In this document: in pieces, positions 24,996 to 36,430 of the stretch | Position numbering within the stretch: the first letter of the stretch is position 1 | Layout of the letters: each line of letters begins with the position of its first letter | Source of the DNA: Octopus bimaculoides | Taxonomy: Eukaryota | NCBI RefSeq assembly: GCF_001194135.2 | Contig: NC_068981.1 | Span: 145,451,287-145,510,798, forward strand | Length of the DNA stretch: 59,512 nt | Direction: 5' to 3' | The notes under the pieces: generated by a model | What the model was told of the DNA's origin: nothing | The model's input: the letters and a program-made list of their open reading frames with translations, nothing else | Database searches by the model: none | Translations under genes and position numbers: made by a program

Positions 24996-25056
24996 TCTCG
25001 GTAGGAAAATGAGCTAGGTTCATCAATGAAGAAGTTCATTGTCTTCTTCATCGACC
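24996..25056 (-). ncRNA. Degenerate box C/D snoRNA candidate with 28S-complementary tract
   Basis: UCGAUGA (C-like), AUGA (D'), UUGAUGA (C'), guide ACCUAGCUCAUUUUCCUA, then CCGA (D-like). The guide can pair with conserved LSU UAGGGAACGUGAGCUGGGU using 3 G-U pairs and 1 bulge. Confidence 0.35.
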
Positions 25057-25187
25057 CCCAACTCCATATTTTGAATCTTATTAATGATCCACTAAGATAA
25101 CTAAATCTAAAATAGTCTATGTGCACTTCCATTTATAAACTACACCACTGGATTTAAATATTACAAATGTGTACAGAAATAAATTAC

Positions 25188-25324
25188 CTGTGAGCTAAAC
25201 CTATATTCATAGCTGTTACCTCTTTGCTCGTGACACCACTCAGTAAATTATCAGCTTGCATCCGAATGCATCTAAACAATTCAACAACATTGGAATTGCA
25301 GACACAAGGGATATCAAACTTTTC
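25188..25324 (-). CDS. NOP58: NOP58 exon 5
   Basis: EKFDIPCVCNSNVVELFRCIRMQ...MNIGLAHS; 137 nt. Confidence 0.95.
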
Positions 25325-25725
25325 CTATGGGCAAAGAAAACAAAAACAATGAATTAAATGCACAGAAACAAGATGCGATGTTTACATTGTCAAAACAAAA
25401 AATTAGTTATGATAGTTTTAATTAAACTTCTTAGGAAAAAATTTATTTAACAATATGATGAATCAGAGGAAGAAATTTACTCCAAAGAGTCTCAGGAAAA
25501 TTATCCAAGATACTTAAAGATTGAATTTCTGAAGAATCATGGGCTTCTTTTGATAATCAGTAGTCAATAATGTGGAAATTACTACTCTTCCCCCAACAAG
25601 GTTTTTGGTAAATCAGAAAATACATTAGTTAATAACAGAACAGACATTACCAAATTACATCAGGGATAGAGAAATATCAACTAAAACAACACCAAAAGCT
25701 TTTAATCTCCAAGTGTCAGAATTAC

Positions 25726-25850
25726 CTTGATGAGATTACCAATTTTGGCATCAGCAACAATCAATTCTTCTGTGGCATCTTTCACAAGTGTTTTCTTGAG
25801 AAATTTCTTTAAATCACTGCCTAACTTGCTTTCCACAGAAGCAGTAATTG
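25726..25850 (-). CDS. NOP58: NOP58 exon 4
   Basis: AITASVESKLGSDLKKFLKK..EELIVADAKIGNLIK; 125 nt. Confidence 0.95.
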
Positions 25851-26369
25851 CTGAAAGAGAAATATCACAATCAACAGCTGCAGAAACTCTTCTACGGTAT
25901 ATAGCAATTAAAATTGAAATTGTTTTTTATGCAAGACTTTTTTTTACTCATTGAAATGGGCAGGAAATGAAATTTTTTAAAATAATTCTGAATGACAAGA
26001 GATATTTTAAATTGAGATTTTGTTTTTAGTTAATTCACAATAATGTACCAAATTCAATTCACAAGGGATATTCTCACCACCAGAATTTAACTTGTTTAAA
26101 AAGAGAAACACAAGCTCAGTAATTGGTAGTAGAGATGATTGTGATTAGTTTTAGAAAAGAATCAGTCAGAGAATACAACCACGAAGCAGTCTTAAAATTT
26201 AGTTCCTACTTCTCTCATTATCATTGAGGTTGGTTGAATGACTATGTAATTGCCAAGACACGTTGGCAATAGCCACCAAATCTCACTTGAATCACATCCT
26301 ATTGTCTTGAAAAAAAAAATGTAGTAGCAGTGGCCTCTCAAGAGGAAAGGATATTGCAGATAAACTTAC

Positions 26370-26422
26370 CAGCAAGACCTTTAGTTGTATCTTCAAATTT
26401 CTGGAAATATTTTAACTTTAAT
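26370..26422 (-). CDS. NOP58: NOP58 exon 3
   Basis: LKLKYFQKFEDTTKGLA; 53 nt, tgtag / gtaagt. Confidence 0.93.
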
Positions 26423-26601
26423 CTACAAAAAAAAAAGAAATTTCCAATAAGCCAAGTATGACTTGATTAAAAACAACAAATTATACACTGGGATACAGAA
26501 ACAAGCATTACAAATTTTAGTTCAATAGAAAAGACCAAATTGAATTTCATATCAAATAGAGAAAATATTTTAATTTCAGTAGGATGAGATGCTGTACTTA
26601 C

Positions 26602-26678
26602 ATTTTGTTTGCAGAATCAGAAGTCTTAAAGTCATGAAATAAATTTTCTGATTTTGATAATTTGCTCTCATCTAATAG
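26602..26678 (-). CDS. NOP58: NOP58 exon 2
   Basis: LLDESKLSKSENLFHDFKTSDSANK; 77 nt. Confidence 0.93.
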
Positions 26679-27684
26679 CTGAAAAGAGAAAAAACAATAT
26701 TGCACTCAAATATTAAAATTGACTGAAAATGTAGTCATTACTTTTTTGTAATGTCAACTGCCTCAGAAGGCTCATTTAAAATCTTTTTTATGAGGACATT
26801 TAAAAACTGATTATTGATTTAGCACACAGATCTCACAGATGATTCTAAAAAAAAAAAATTCTACCCAAAGGTTCCCCTCCCCTACCAACTCCAAGCAAAG
26901 TATATTTAGTAGTTATATCAAAATTACTATCTTTCTTCCATCTTTTCTCCTACCCTAATTCTAATGCTTTCATAATTTCCTGTGCTTCTGGGGTGCTTTT
27001 ACTGTCTCTGTCCACTGTGCTAGTTACCATTTTAACACGAAGAATTAACTACCAAGTTTTAATCCTTTGTTCTAAGTATCATATGTGATACACAGATAGG
27101 ACATATTTCCTTGGTGTCCATGTTATATATGATACAATTTTTTTCAACCACCAGAGTTAACTTGTGATGTATGAAATGAAAGCCTTATATTCAGAACATA
27201 TGAAACAAGGGCTATGAAAACGTTTAAGACAGGCAGAAGATTTTTGTCAGCAGTAAAAATTGTATTCTTGTCTAACATCTGATTAATCGATCGCAAAAGC
27301 GCTCTAACTGCGACCATTCAATCATTTTACTTCAGAAGAATGTATCTACTCCCAAGACGGTGTGAATTGATTTTGGTCGATATTGACAAAGCTCTTTCAT
27401 ATAATTAAGTACTATGTTAAGCATGTAATTATTGTTAAAGAATGAAAATTTCTCGACGTCTGTTTATTGTATGCTTCAAAATATCAATTCCTGCTTAGTT
27501 GGGTTCCCAATAACTTTCATGGATCGACTTTCTGAGCATTCAATCGCCGTTCTCAGTCACTGAACTGTGGACAAACTGGGGCACCGCCTTGCACCTCGTG
27601 GGGGTAAGTTGAACAGATCGACTCAAATATTTATTTCGGTACTACTTAAATACAGCCGTCCCGACGCATCTACGTAACGGTTTC

Positions 27685-27750
27685 ACCAAAACTACTGTGA
27701 CATCACATTACCCTACAAACTAATCCTAAAACTTTAACAGTAGTTTTGGT
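27685..27750. repeat. 14-bp perfect inverted repeat with a 38-nt loop carrying CCCTA-like motifs
   Basis: accaaaactactgt / acagtagttttggt. Confidence 0.85.
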
Positions 27751-28053
27751 AAAACTAGATTACCTCCCCTCCATATCGTTTCGAAAATGCATCGGAACCT
27801 CTATTTAAGTAGTGTCCGTATTTCTTCAAGTCTGGTAGTCGGTTCTTATGACGAACCGCTAGATACGAAGACGTAAACAAACCAAATCCAGTTGTCAAGC
27901 GGTGACGACAGGCACACTCACATACATATATTACGAGGGACTTCCACACGTTCCGTCTATCAAATTCATTCACAAGACATCGACTAGCCTGGGACTATAT
28001 AGGCACCTAAAGACGTCGTGCAGTGGGACTGAACACAGAACACAAGGGAATTT

Positions 28054-28145
28054 GGTAATTTTTCAGATTAACACCCGCACCAGGACGAAATTCCGTAACC
28101 CAAACCCTAATGAAGATCGTGTGGGTGTTAATCTGAAAAATTACC
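28054..28145. repeat. 27-bp inverted repeat (1 mismatch) with a 38-nt loop containing aacccaaaccctaa
   Basis: ggtaatttttcagattaacacccgcac / gtgtgggtgttaatctgaaaaattacc. Confidence 0.9.
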
Positions 28146-28516
28146 GGGAATTTAACTATACATACAGTATTTCATTTAACTCAGAGAAATGCAAGTAAAA
28201 CCACAATAAAAGAGAAATTCTTTGTTATTTTTTCTAACCCTAAACACTGGATTCAAATCCCGAAGATCGGAGATCAACTTTAACTTTCCACTTTTTGCGA
28301 TCGATCTAGTGTGATGTACTGGCGAAGCAGTTAAAGAGTCGGGCGAGCTGTGTTGCAGCATCTGTTCTGGATCATTGTGTCGTCCGCAACGACAGTGACA
28401 AGCTGCACCGGTAGTGTAGAGGGGAGATTTGCATGTATATGCAACTAAGTCTTCCTCAACAGAAGTCTTGCCCAGGCCTGCAAGTACCTGTGCAAATGGA
28501 TGGTCAACTTTGATCA

Positions 28517-28587
28517 ATGGAGGACTTCGATAGAAGACGAGACGATCGTGGTTGGAACGCCTTCGATGATGATATTTTGGAACTGAT
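28517..28587 (+). CDS. Candidate first coding exon (antisense, inside NOP58 intron 1), in frame with the FSAF1-like acceptor at 34473
   Basis: In-frame TGA then ATG; MEDFDRRRDDRGWNAFDDDILEL; ends AT|GTAAGT (consensus donor, phase 2). Confidence 0.4.
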
Positions 28588-29181
28588 GTAAGTTTAAACA
28601 ACCCATGACCGGATTAATTGATGCATGTCTTCACGTATAAATATTTAGTCGGGCTCATGATTTATTTGTTTAAAAATTAAAGTGCTGGCTTTATCTTAGT
28701 CTCCGATGTCCGCGTGGAGAGGGTAGAAATAAAACACGTGATGACATTAAAATGATGGAATTATTTTAATCACAAAATATCAGGAAAAAAATTTTACTTT
28801 TCAGACATTTTCAACAATTTGAACAGGCACGAGGAAGATTTGAATCGTCCAAGTAAATAAAAAAAATAACTTTTTTTTTTCAAAGATCAGAGAAATTAAT
28901 TTAAGAAAATTTAAAATGAAAAATACTAAAATTAATAAATTATAAAATCAATTGTAAATTACATATAAAAAAAAAAATTTCTAGTCGATTTATTTAACAG
29001 ATAATTACTTCGAAAGGACCTTATTTTGTCACCACGTGGACAAGGCATGGAAGGATCACGTTATGTAGGGCAATGTTAAATGATGACCAGGTAATGTGGC
29101 TTTTAGTTCATAGAAATGCACAAAAAACGTTAAGCAACGTGTATTACACAATATTGATCTCATTTAATTCTTATATCTTAC

Positions 29182-29226
29182 CTTAAATATGGCATAGCCA
29201 GTGGCCGTGTCAAATAAAACCAACAT
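29182..29226 (-). CDS. NOP58: NOP58 exon 1 (start)
   Basis: MLVLFDTATGYAIFK|gtaaga, the canonical NOP58 N-terminus; 45 nt. Confidence 0.97.
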
Positions 29227-29274
29227 GCTTGACGGGAGAGACGGCCTCGCAACGAAGCAGTCAACACCCTCGTG
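29225..29274 (+). CDS. Alternative candidate first exon of the FSAF1-like gene, overlapping the NOP58 start and 5' UTR
   Basis: caacATG (A at -3); MLDGRDGLATKQSTPS; TG|GTAAGA donor, phase 2, in frame with 34473. Confidence 0.3.
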
Positions 29275-29277
29275 GTA

Positions 29278-29289
29278 AGAAAGAAAGCG
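29278..29289 (-). promoter_or_regulatory. Candidate TCT/5'TOP-like pyrimidine initiator for NOP58
   Basis: The minus strand reads CGCTTTCTTTCT about 60 nt upstream of the ATG, with CGGAAG (ETS-like) about 35 nt further upstream. TOP-type starts are common in snoRNA host genes. Confidence 0.35.
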
Positions 29290-29384
29290 TGCTTTACCGC
29301 TTTTCTCCCACAATTCCTAACTTCCGTTAAACAGAAGATCATTACCATAAAGCAATGGAGTAGTGTCGTAAGATCTTTCTAGTT

Positions 29385-29449
29385 CTCTTTCCCTCTCTTT
29401 CTCTTTCTCTCTCTCTCTTTCTCTCTCTCTCACTCTCTCNNNNNNNNNN

Positions 29450-29511
<62 letters not shown>
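29385..29511. repeat. (TC)n microsatellite with a 10-N gap
   Basis: Direct reading. Confidence 0.95.
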
Positions 29512-29515
<4 letters not shown>

Positions 29516-30743
29516 TATGTAGCACTTAATAAATATTAATAAACACTATGTTTAGCCCGGAGTGCTGTATATGAAATTTAAATATATTATATATATAAAT
29601 ATGATGGGTCGATTAATGCTGAAATTTGGCGGTTATAACGAGTTGGTTTACGGCCGAATTCAACCGCATGCTTGCACTTGCGTGCAATTATCGAAAGTTT
29701 TCGTTAATTATTTCAGAGAAATATAGTCGATTAAATTCAGCTCCATAAATGATAAGGTACTTATTTTATTAACATCAAATGGAGAAAACGTTAATTCTAT
29801 CAAGGGAAATGAAACCACATCGAAATGTCATGAGCGATAATGCTATATTTCATTTAATATACCATAAATAATAGTTCCAGTAATTGAATATTTTAAGATG
29901 ACTAACTGACTATATGTGACTCCTAATACATAATGACGACATAATTCACATTGTAGAATTTCAAGATACGTAGTGGAGAGGCCGCATTTTATTCAACATG
30001 TTAAAAGAGTGGATAAAACAAGCTTTTTCCTGTTGAATTTGTAAATTAAACTTCTCAGAATTGTTATTCAGAAAGTAAAGGGACGTAACTAAGTGTCACT
30101 TGTTCTGTAGTGTAAGGTGGCATTTGTAACAAATCAAGAAAACGAATAATGGCAAGAAGTTGAATGTGAAATATTGAGTGATAGAATAAAACCTTGCAGT
30201 ATTTAAATACAACCTTTATATATATATATATATTAGTTTATGTATATATTAATATTATCTCAGTTTAAAAAACCTTGACAATGTAAATATGTTAATAGTT
30301 ACCATGGGTAGCAAAAATCACACAAAAAAACAGGATATCACACCCGTTTTATAGGTAGAGATACCAAGTTAAAGTGATGCATTTTGAGTAGAAATGAATA
30401 ACAATAAATGGAGCAAAACACATATAAATAAAAGTTCCTTTAATTCCTACGTATGTTTCAAAATATATGTGCATCCTATTCCAAAGAAGTAAGAGCTGCT
30501 GGAATTCCACATATATTCCTCGTCAGGGAACCAACATATAGAAGCAAGACAAATGCGAANNNNNNNNNNNNNNNNNNNNNNNNNNNNNNNNNNNNNNNNN
30601 NNNNNNNNNNNNNNNNNNNNNNNNNNNNNNNNNNNNNNNNNNNNNNNNNNNNNNNNNNNNNNNNNNNNNTATATATACTGGAGTAAGCACATAAATGCGA
30701 TACAAGGTGGAAAAAATAGTACTCGAATACCAGAGGTACAGTA

Positions 30744-30910
30744 ATATGCTTTATTGAAAAGCAGCAGAAATATCACAAAAACTGTTACTCAGAGTTCTCG
30801 TTCGTCGGACAGTTTTTTTAGAATCTAAACAAAACTGTCCAACGAACGGGAACGTGAAACTCTGAGTAACAGTTTTTGTAATATTTCTGCTGCTTTTTAA
30901 TAAAGTATAT
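30744..30910. repeat. ~75-bp-arm foldback (MITE/Penelope-associated hairpin)
   Basis: atatgctttattgaaaagcagcagaaatatcacaaaaactgttactcagagtt..ggacagtttt pairs with aaaactgtcc..aactctgagtaacagtttttgtaatatttctgctgctttttaataaagtatat. Confidence 0.85.
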
Positions 30911-31081
30911 ACCAAAATAAGCAACAAGGATATTCAGAGATAATGCAGTACGATCGTTTCATGCAACTCCATTTAATTTAACAATGCAATCATTACATCA
31001 ATTTAAATGAAGAGCAAAGACATAGAATTTAATTAAATTAAAACAGGTGGACACATTAGTATAATTATACCTTAAATCTCA

Positions 31082-31118
<37 letters not shown>

Positions 31119-31209
31119 TTAGGAATTACTTGTCAATTCCTAAGCTATTGTATTTTCTGAGAATTAGTCCTTCTTATAGATTCTTGTCGTCCTTCCATTA
31201 TTTTGATGA

Positions 31210-31322
31210 CTTATATCTTCAGGAAACTCGAATGCTTGGTCAATGTCAAACTCTCCCCAGAGTCCTGTGACCAAGTTGCTTTGTCCAAACGGTTTGGAGG
31301 TCTAGGTCTGCACAAGCTGCTC

Positions 31323-31393
<71 letters not shown>

Positions 31394-32293
31394 CTGTTTT
31401 CTTTCCTCCATGCACACTTGCTCTCCTTTGGTAGGCAACATCCTCTCCTCTCCAACATGGACTAATTCCAACAGGGAGATGGATGAAGCTCTATCACAAC
31501 GGAGAGAGCTGAGTTTGTCAGTTCCTGTTACATTTGAAGATAGCCAGAAACAGAGAGTATGGGAAAATCTGCATTCAGGTGCCATTTTCAACTCTCTTCT
31601 TGATCAATCTGATCAATTTTCAAGGTGTCGCCTACTTTCAGCCAGTGCAAAATTCTCGGGAGACTGGATTGATGCTCTGCTTGTAGCCAACATTTGAGGT
31701 CTACTCAGTCTAAATTAACTGCGCATCTCCATCGCACTCAGAGTGGGAGCTGACGTCTGTGGTGGGCCCCTCAACCCCACAAGTCATCACGGTCTGTCTT
31801 GCTGCCTAAATGCAGGTCGCTTCGCTCGTCACACCGAGCTTAACCTAATCATTGAGCAGGTCCTTGCTCGGATTAATATCCCCTGTTCTGAAGCCATCGG
31901 GGTTATCCACAAGTGATGGAAAGAGACCAGATGGTCTTACCCTCTGTTCCCGAGTAGATGCCTCATTTGGGAGGCCACAGTCTGCGACTCCATTGCTCCC
32001 ACCCACATCCTCGATGCTGCAGTAAATGGGAGGTCACTTCTTCCGTAGCCGAACGGGAAAAAAACCTGAAGTATCGGGTCTTGATAGTGAACTATCTCTT
32101 CCAGCCTGTGGCATTTGAGACGTTCTGAAGGATTGGGCCACTAACCGCGAAGTTCTTGTCAATGTTGTCAGTTCGCCTTACCGAGGTGTCAGGTGATGCC
32201 CGTGAGGGCGCTTGGCTTTCCCAATGCCTTAGCCTCACCATCGCCCGTGGTAATGCTGTGAGTGTACTGGCTTGCTTCAGTAGGTTCCGTTAA
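31210..32293 (+). mobile_element. CRE-like non-LTR retrotransposon 3' remnant (late RT, Cys/His region, restriction-like endonuclease)
   Basis: FGGLGL..; LRISIALRVG..HHGLSC..GRFARHTELNLII; DGKRPDGLTL; WEATVCD; KY..FQPVAFET; QCLSLTIARGNA. Frameshifted, with (TC)n at 31323-31390. Confidence 0.8.
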
Positions 32294-33439
32294 ACCTTGA
32301 GGTGTGCGACCAGTTGAAGCGCTTGGTGCTGCATTGTTTTTTTTTTCCCCCTTTTTTTTTTGTCAAGATAAATATATTCAACAGAAATGGTACACTAATA
32401 AATTGGCGCTTCAGAATAAGTTCTGCTTGGCTATATTTTATTTTCAATATCATTAAACAAGGATGTATCTGTAACCTAAATACGAAAGAAATATAATTCA
32501 ATTGCTATAACTGTTCCGCTAATGAACTTCAAACCATTTGCCGCTCATATCACATTTAAAAAAAAACCTCCCTGGGTCTAGCTGGCTCATGCACAGTTCC
32601 ACAGTAAATATTCTTTGCTTGTTCATTGTGAAATTATTTCCATTCTGCAAACCATCATTGTCGCTTATTATTATTCATCTGAAATTACACCTCAGAACTA
32701 CGCAAACTTGTATTTAACCTGATTCCACCATACCAGTTATTTTATCGTGTGGAATAGCTTACTCCATCATTAACTAATGGCATAGACTGTCAAAGCTCTC
32801 CATATCACCGACTGTCTGACGCCCCTAGATTGTCTTTTTTACCACGTGGAAACACTTATGAACTTATTAGGTGTCGGAACAAATTCCGCTAAAGCTTTCT
32901 ATCTGGCGCTGGTACCCTATCAACTTCATCAATTCACTTCCTTCAACAAAAAACATACAATAAACGATACTAAACTTATTAATAGAACAAACATGTTTAG
33001 TGAAAATATCTTCACAAAAGCCAAATTTATTTCTCCGCATGTATACCTCATAGAAGTAAATTAGTAAAAGAGTACTACTGGTTTCCTACTGTCATTGAAA
33101 AAATAGTCTGGTCTATGGAGTCTGATGCTGGATATATGATGTTTAAGTGGTGAATTTCATTGGGAAGAGTTTAGTATTTAAGTGGTGCTAGGTTACATGA
33201 TATATTTTGTGTATTGTAGCAGTATAACCAGTTTATTGCACATGCTTTAACAACAAAATCCTATATGGACCCCTAAAAGTCATATGGACTCCGGTTGAGA
33301 AGCACTGATCTAGAGGAAGGTGCAGTGCTCATGTAATTGTAACCAATATTTGGTGGTAGAGAAAGAATTGGTTAAAGGAAAAAGGTGGGAACCAATTCTT
33401 TCTCTATTATCAAGCTTTGTCAGCAATTTTATCGCAAGG

Positions 33440-33680
33440 AAAAGAAAAAAGTACATTTAATATCGGTTTCAAATTTTGACACAGGGTCAGCACTTTCGGG
33501 AAAGAGATACGTCGATTACATCAATTCCAGTGTTTGATTGGTACTTACTTTATCAAACCTGGAAGGATGAAAGGCAAAGTCGACCTCGGTGGAATATGAA
33601 CTCAGAACGCTACAGACAGACGAAATACCGCTAAGCACTTTGCCCGGTGTGCTAACTATTCAGCCAGCTCGCCGCCCAAA
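33440..33680 (+). mobile_element. SINE family C (ggatgaaaggcaaagtcgacctcgg core)
   Basis: The same core occurs at about 2440-2520, 50690-50850 and 56060-56150. Confidence 0.7.
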
Positions 33681-34472
33681 ATACATTTGATATCCATCTG
33701 TTGTACCTAGTAAGTGTCTCGAATGTCGTGAGTTCGATAAAAGAATACATCATATTCAACAAGTGAGCCTGCCCCAAAGAAGGAAATAAACGGTGCTGAG
33801 GCACAATGTTTCGTCCTTTTTGTCTTTTAGGCATTATGGTGTGGTTTAAGGAAGATCTGGCAGGACTTCAAAGCAAGTTGGGAGACCCTGTAAAGGTTTC
33901 GTGTGGGCTGATCTCAATGGCAATGGAAATCAACAGACACGATATGTTTACAATGGAGGTGTTCGACTGGATAAAATTACATAACTTTACATGCTCGTAA
34001 CATCTTTATTATCAATTTCTAGAAAAAAAAAATGAAAGCGATTTTTGTCATCAGCTTACCAAGCCACATTTTATGAAAAATAATTTGGTGAAAATTTGAA
34101 AGGATCTTTCTGAATTGACAGGCACCACTTTTCATTTATGTTTTATGTAGTGTTATAGTTCCCATCTACCAAATTAATTCATTAGACATTGGTCGGCCCG
34201 GGATTCCAGGTACTGCGTATTGGGACTGAACCAGAAACCATGTGGTGTCAAGGCGAGCTTCTTAACCACAGCCATGCGGAAGGAAAATAGACGTGTTATG
34301 TTATAAACGCACTTACATCAACATTTCTTATTGTTAAAAATGCATTTATCATTAATTATAAACTAAAATCTCACTTAAAATTTAAGAATTTAACATTGTT
34401 CCTACGGTCAATCTTTTATTGTTTTTTCGTAATAGCGGCTTTAAATTGCTAACTATTTTAACTCCACTTTAG

Positions 34473-34560
34473 GAAATCCAAAATGGCGTCGTCTTCAGTT
34501 CAAATCGGCAAGAAGGAGCCAGAAATTGTAGTGTTTAAAGATCCCAGTAAGCAAAAAAAA
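34473..34560 (+). CDS. C1orf131/FSAF1 (Faf1)-like protein, first recognisable exon (Met at 34483; acceptor at 34472)
   Basis: gctaac..ccactttag|G AAA TCC AAA ATG GCG; MASSSVQIGKKEPEIVVFKDPSKQKK|gtaaga resembles the 'EVVEF' segment of C1orf131. Confidence 0.7.
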
Positions 34561-36202
34561 GTAAGATACTTTTTGAAATAATTATCTGATAAATTTCTCA
34601 CGTTTTCTTTTAGAGGTTAAACATACATTGTGTTCTATATATACATTTCATGATTCGAGTATGTTTAAGGGATAGGGTGGGGCAAAATGAGGTCGTTTGG
34701 TTGCATTTTTTACTTTGAGACAAAATATACTTTTTACAAATGTTCACTACCTTACAAAAACTATATCAACCTAAGCAATTGGTCTTCCCTAAATGCATTA
34801 AAAGCTTATAACATAATCTGATCACTATTTCAAAAAATTACCGCCGTTCTCTGAGCATATGAAAGACAAATTTGGCTCGGGCAAAATGAGTAAGACAAAA
34901 CAATGTAAATTTGTCGTTTTAATTCTCCAGAAAACAAACTCAAACACATCAATATTCAACCCTATACATCGGATATAGATCAGAAATTCAAGAAAAAAAT
35001 TTAAATATCTAGATCAAATGAAAGAGGAACAAGGAAGAATGGCACATGATGTGAAATCAACGAAACTCGACTAAATTTTAAAAGATCCACATAAAATATT
35101 CTATATTGCTTTTTCACAATCTGCTGGCGTGTCCTCTTTGTAATATATTTACTCACCATGCAGTTAAAGAGAAGAAATGATTGAAATTAGACATTACTCA
35201 TTTTAAACTTGAAAACGATGAAATTAAACATTAGTGCTGGAAAAAATTGACTTGGAATCTAACAGAGGAAAGAATATTGATTGCTAAACACCAAAAGTTA
35301 TCCCGATATTTTATTAACAACCTCAATTACAACTGGTCAAAGTTGAGGAAATATTTCTTGAGAAAATAGGACCTGCCACCTGACTATGTTTTGGACTCCC
35401 TAAACTTCAACAACAATTATACAGACCAATTTTTACTCCTAAATATAATGTAGCAATTCAAAATGATGATGCAATACTTGCAATATATTGATTTCAAACA
35501 CGTAGAAAATAACAAGAAATCAGAGGTTACTCATTGGCCCAGGTTACTACTTTTGCGCCTACTCCCATATTATTTTATAATAGGCAGAAAGTTATAAAAG
35601 TGACTCACTGATTGAGAGTTTCAGAGTCATTTTTGTAACTTTATGCTGATTATAAAATAAAAAAAAGTACATATAGTCATGTATTGAGTTCTCTCTCTCC
35701 ATGCATGTGTAAATCTTAAAAAATAAAAATAACACAAAATATGTAAACTAATAATTTTGCATGTTTCCCATAAATCTGAGTGGTAAGTGTTGTAAAACTG
35801 GATAACAAACATGAACTCAACAACTGATTAATGTCCTGAAGAAGGAGTCTGTTTCTTTAGAAGCAGCTTTGGCATTGCTGCATACAGATCAGTTATTGTG
35901 AGGCCTGGCATGCACCATGAGCAACTTCAAAGGTTTTAGATCATGCAATACATTTTCCTTTACATGTGTAATGATTATGTCTGTCTTTGTTGAAGGAGAT
36001 TAGATTCCCATGTTCGCTCTGAAGGGGCAGGACTAAGCTCAAAGGTGTTTTAGAGTGACTATCCAATCTAGGATCTTCACAGCAGATGTGCTACAGAAGT
36101 GATCTTAGACTCTTCCTAAAAAAATTCAGTTCAAAGTTAATGCATATGTGGGCTATTGAGTAGTTGATGACTTTTACTTACTCTTTTTGTGTCACAAAAT
36201 GT

Positions 36203-36430
36203 TTAACCCTTTAGCATTTAAGCTGGCCATATCCAGCCCAAATATTATACTCGTTTTATGTACAGACTGACCATATTTAGCCTTTCATGCTTACCATACA
36301 ATGTTATTTGAGAAATAAACAAGCATATCATTGAAATCTCAACGCAAAAAGATAATGCATGAGTAATTCAAAACAATGTGAATAAATAAGCATTCCATTA
36401 GACAGAATGACCTGAATACTAAAGTGTTAA
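36203..36430. mobile_element. TTAA-flanked MITE (complete)
   Basis: ttaaccctttagca...tactaaagtgttaa. Confidence 0.8.

Noticed and set aside
26763-26785. D box next to GGCUCAUU, resembling the 18S Am99 region
   Set aside because: No matching C box, and the D+5 position does not fall on the known modified A.
28176-28601. 141-aa minus-strand ORF in NOP58 intron 1
   Set aside because: No recognisable domain; better explained by the GC-rich composition and the plus-strand exon candidate.
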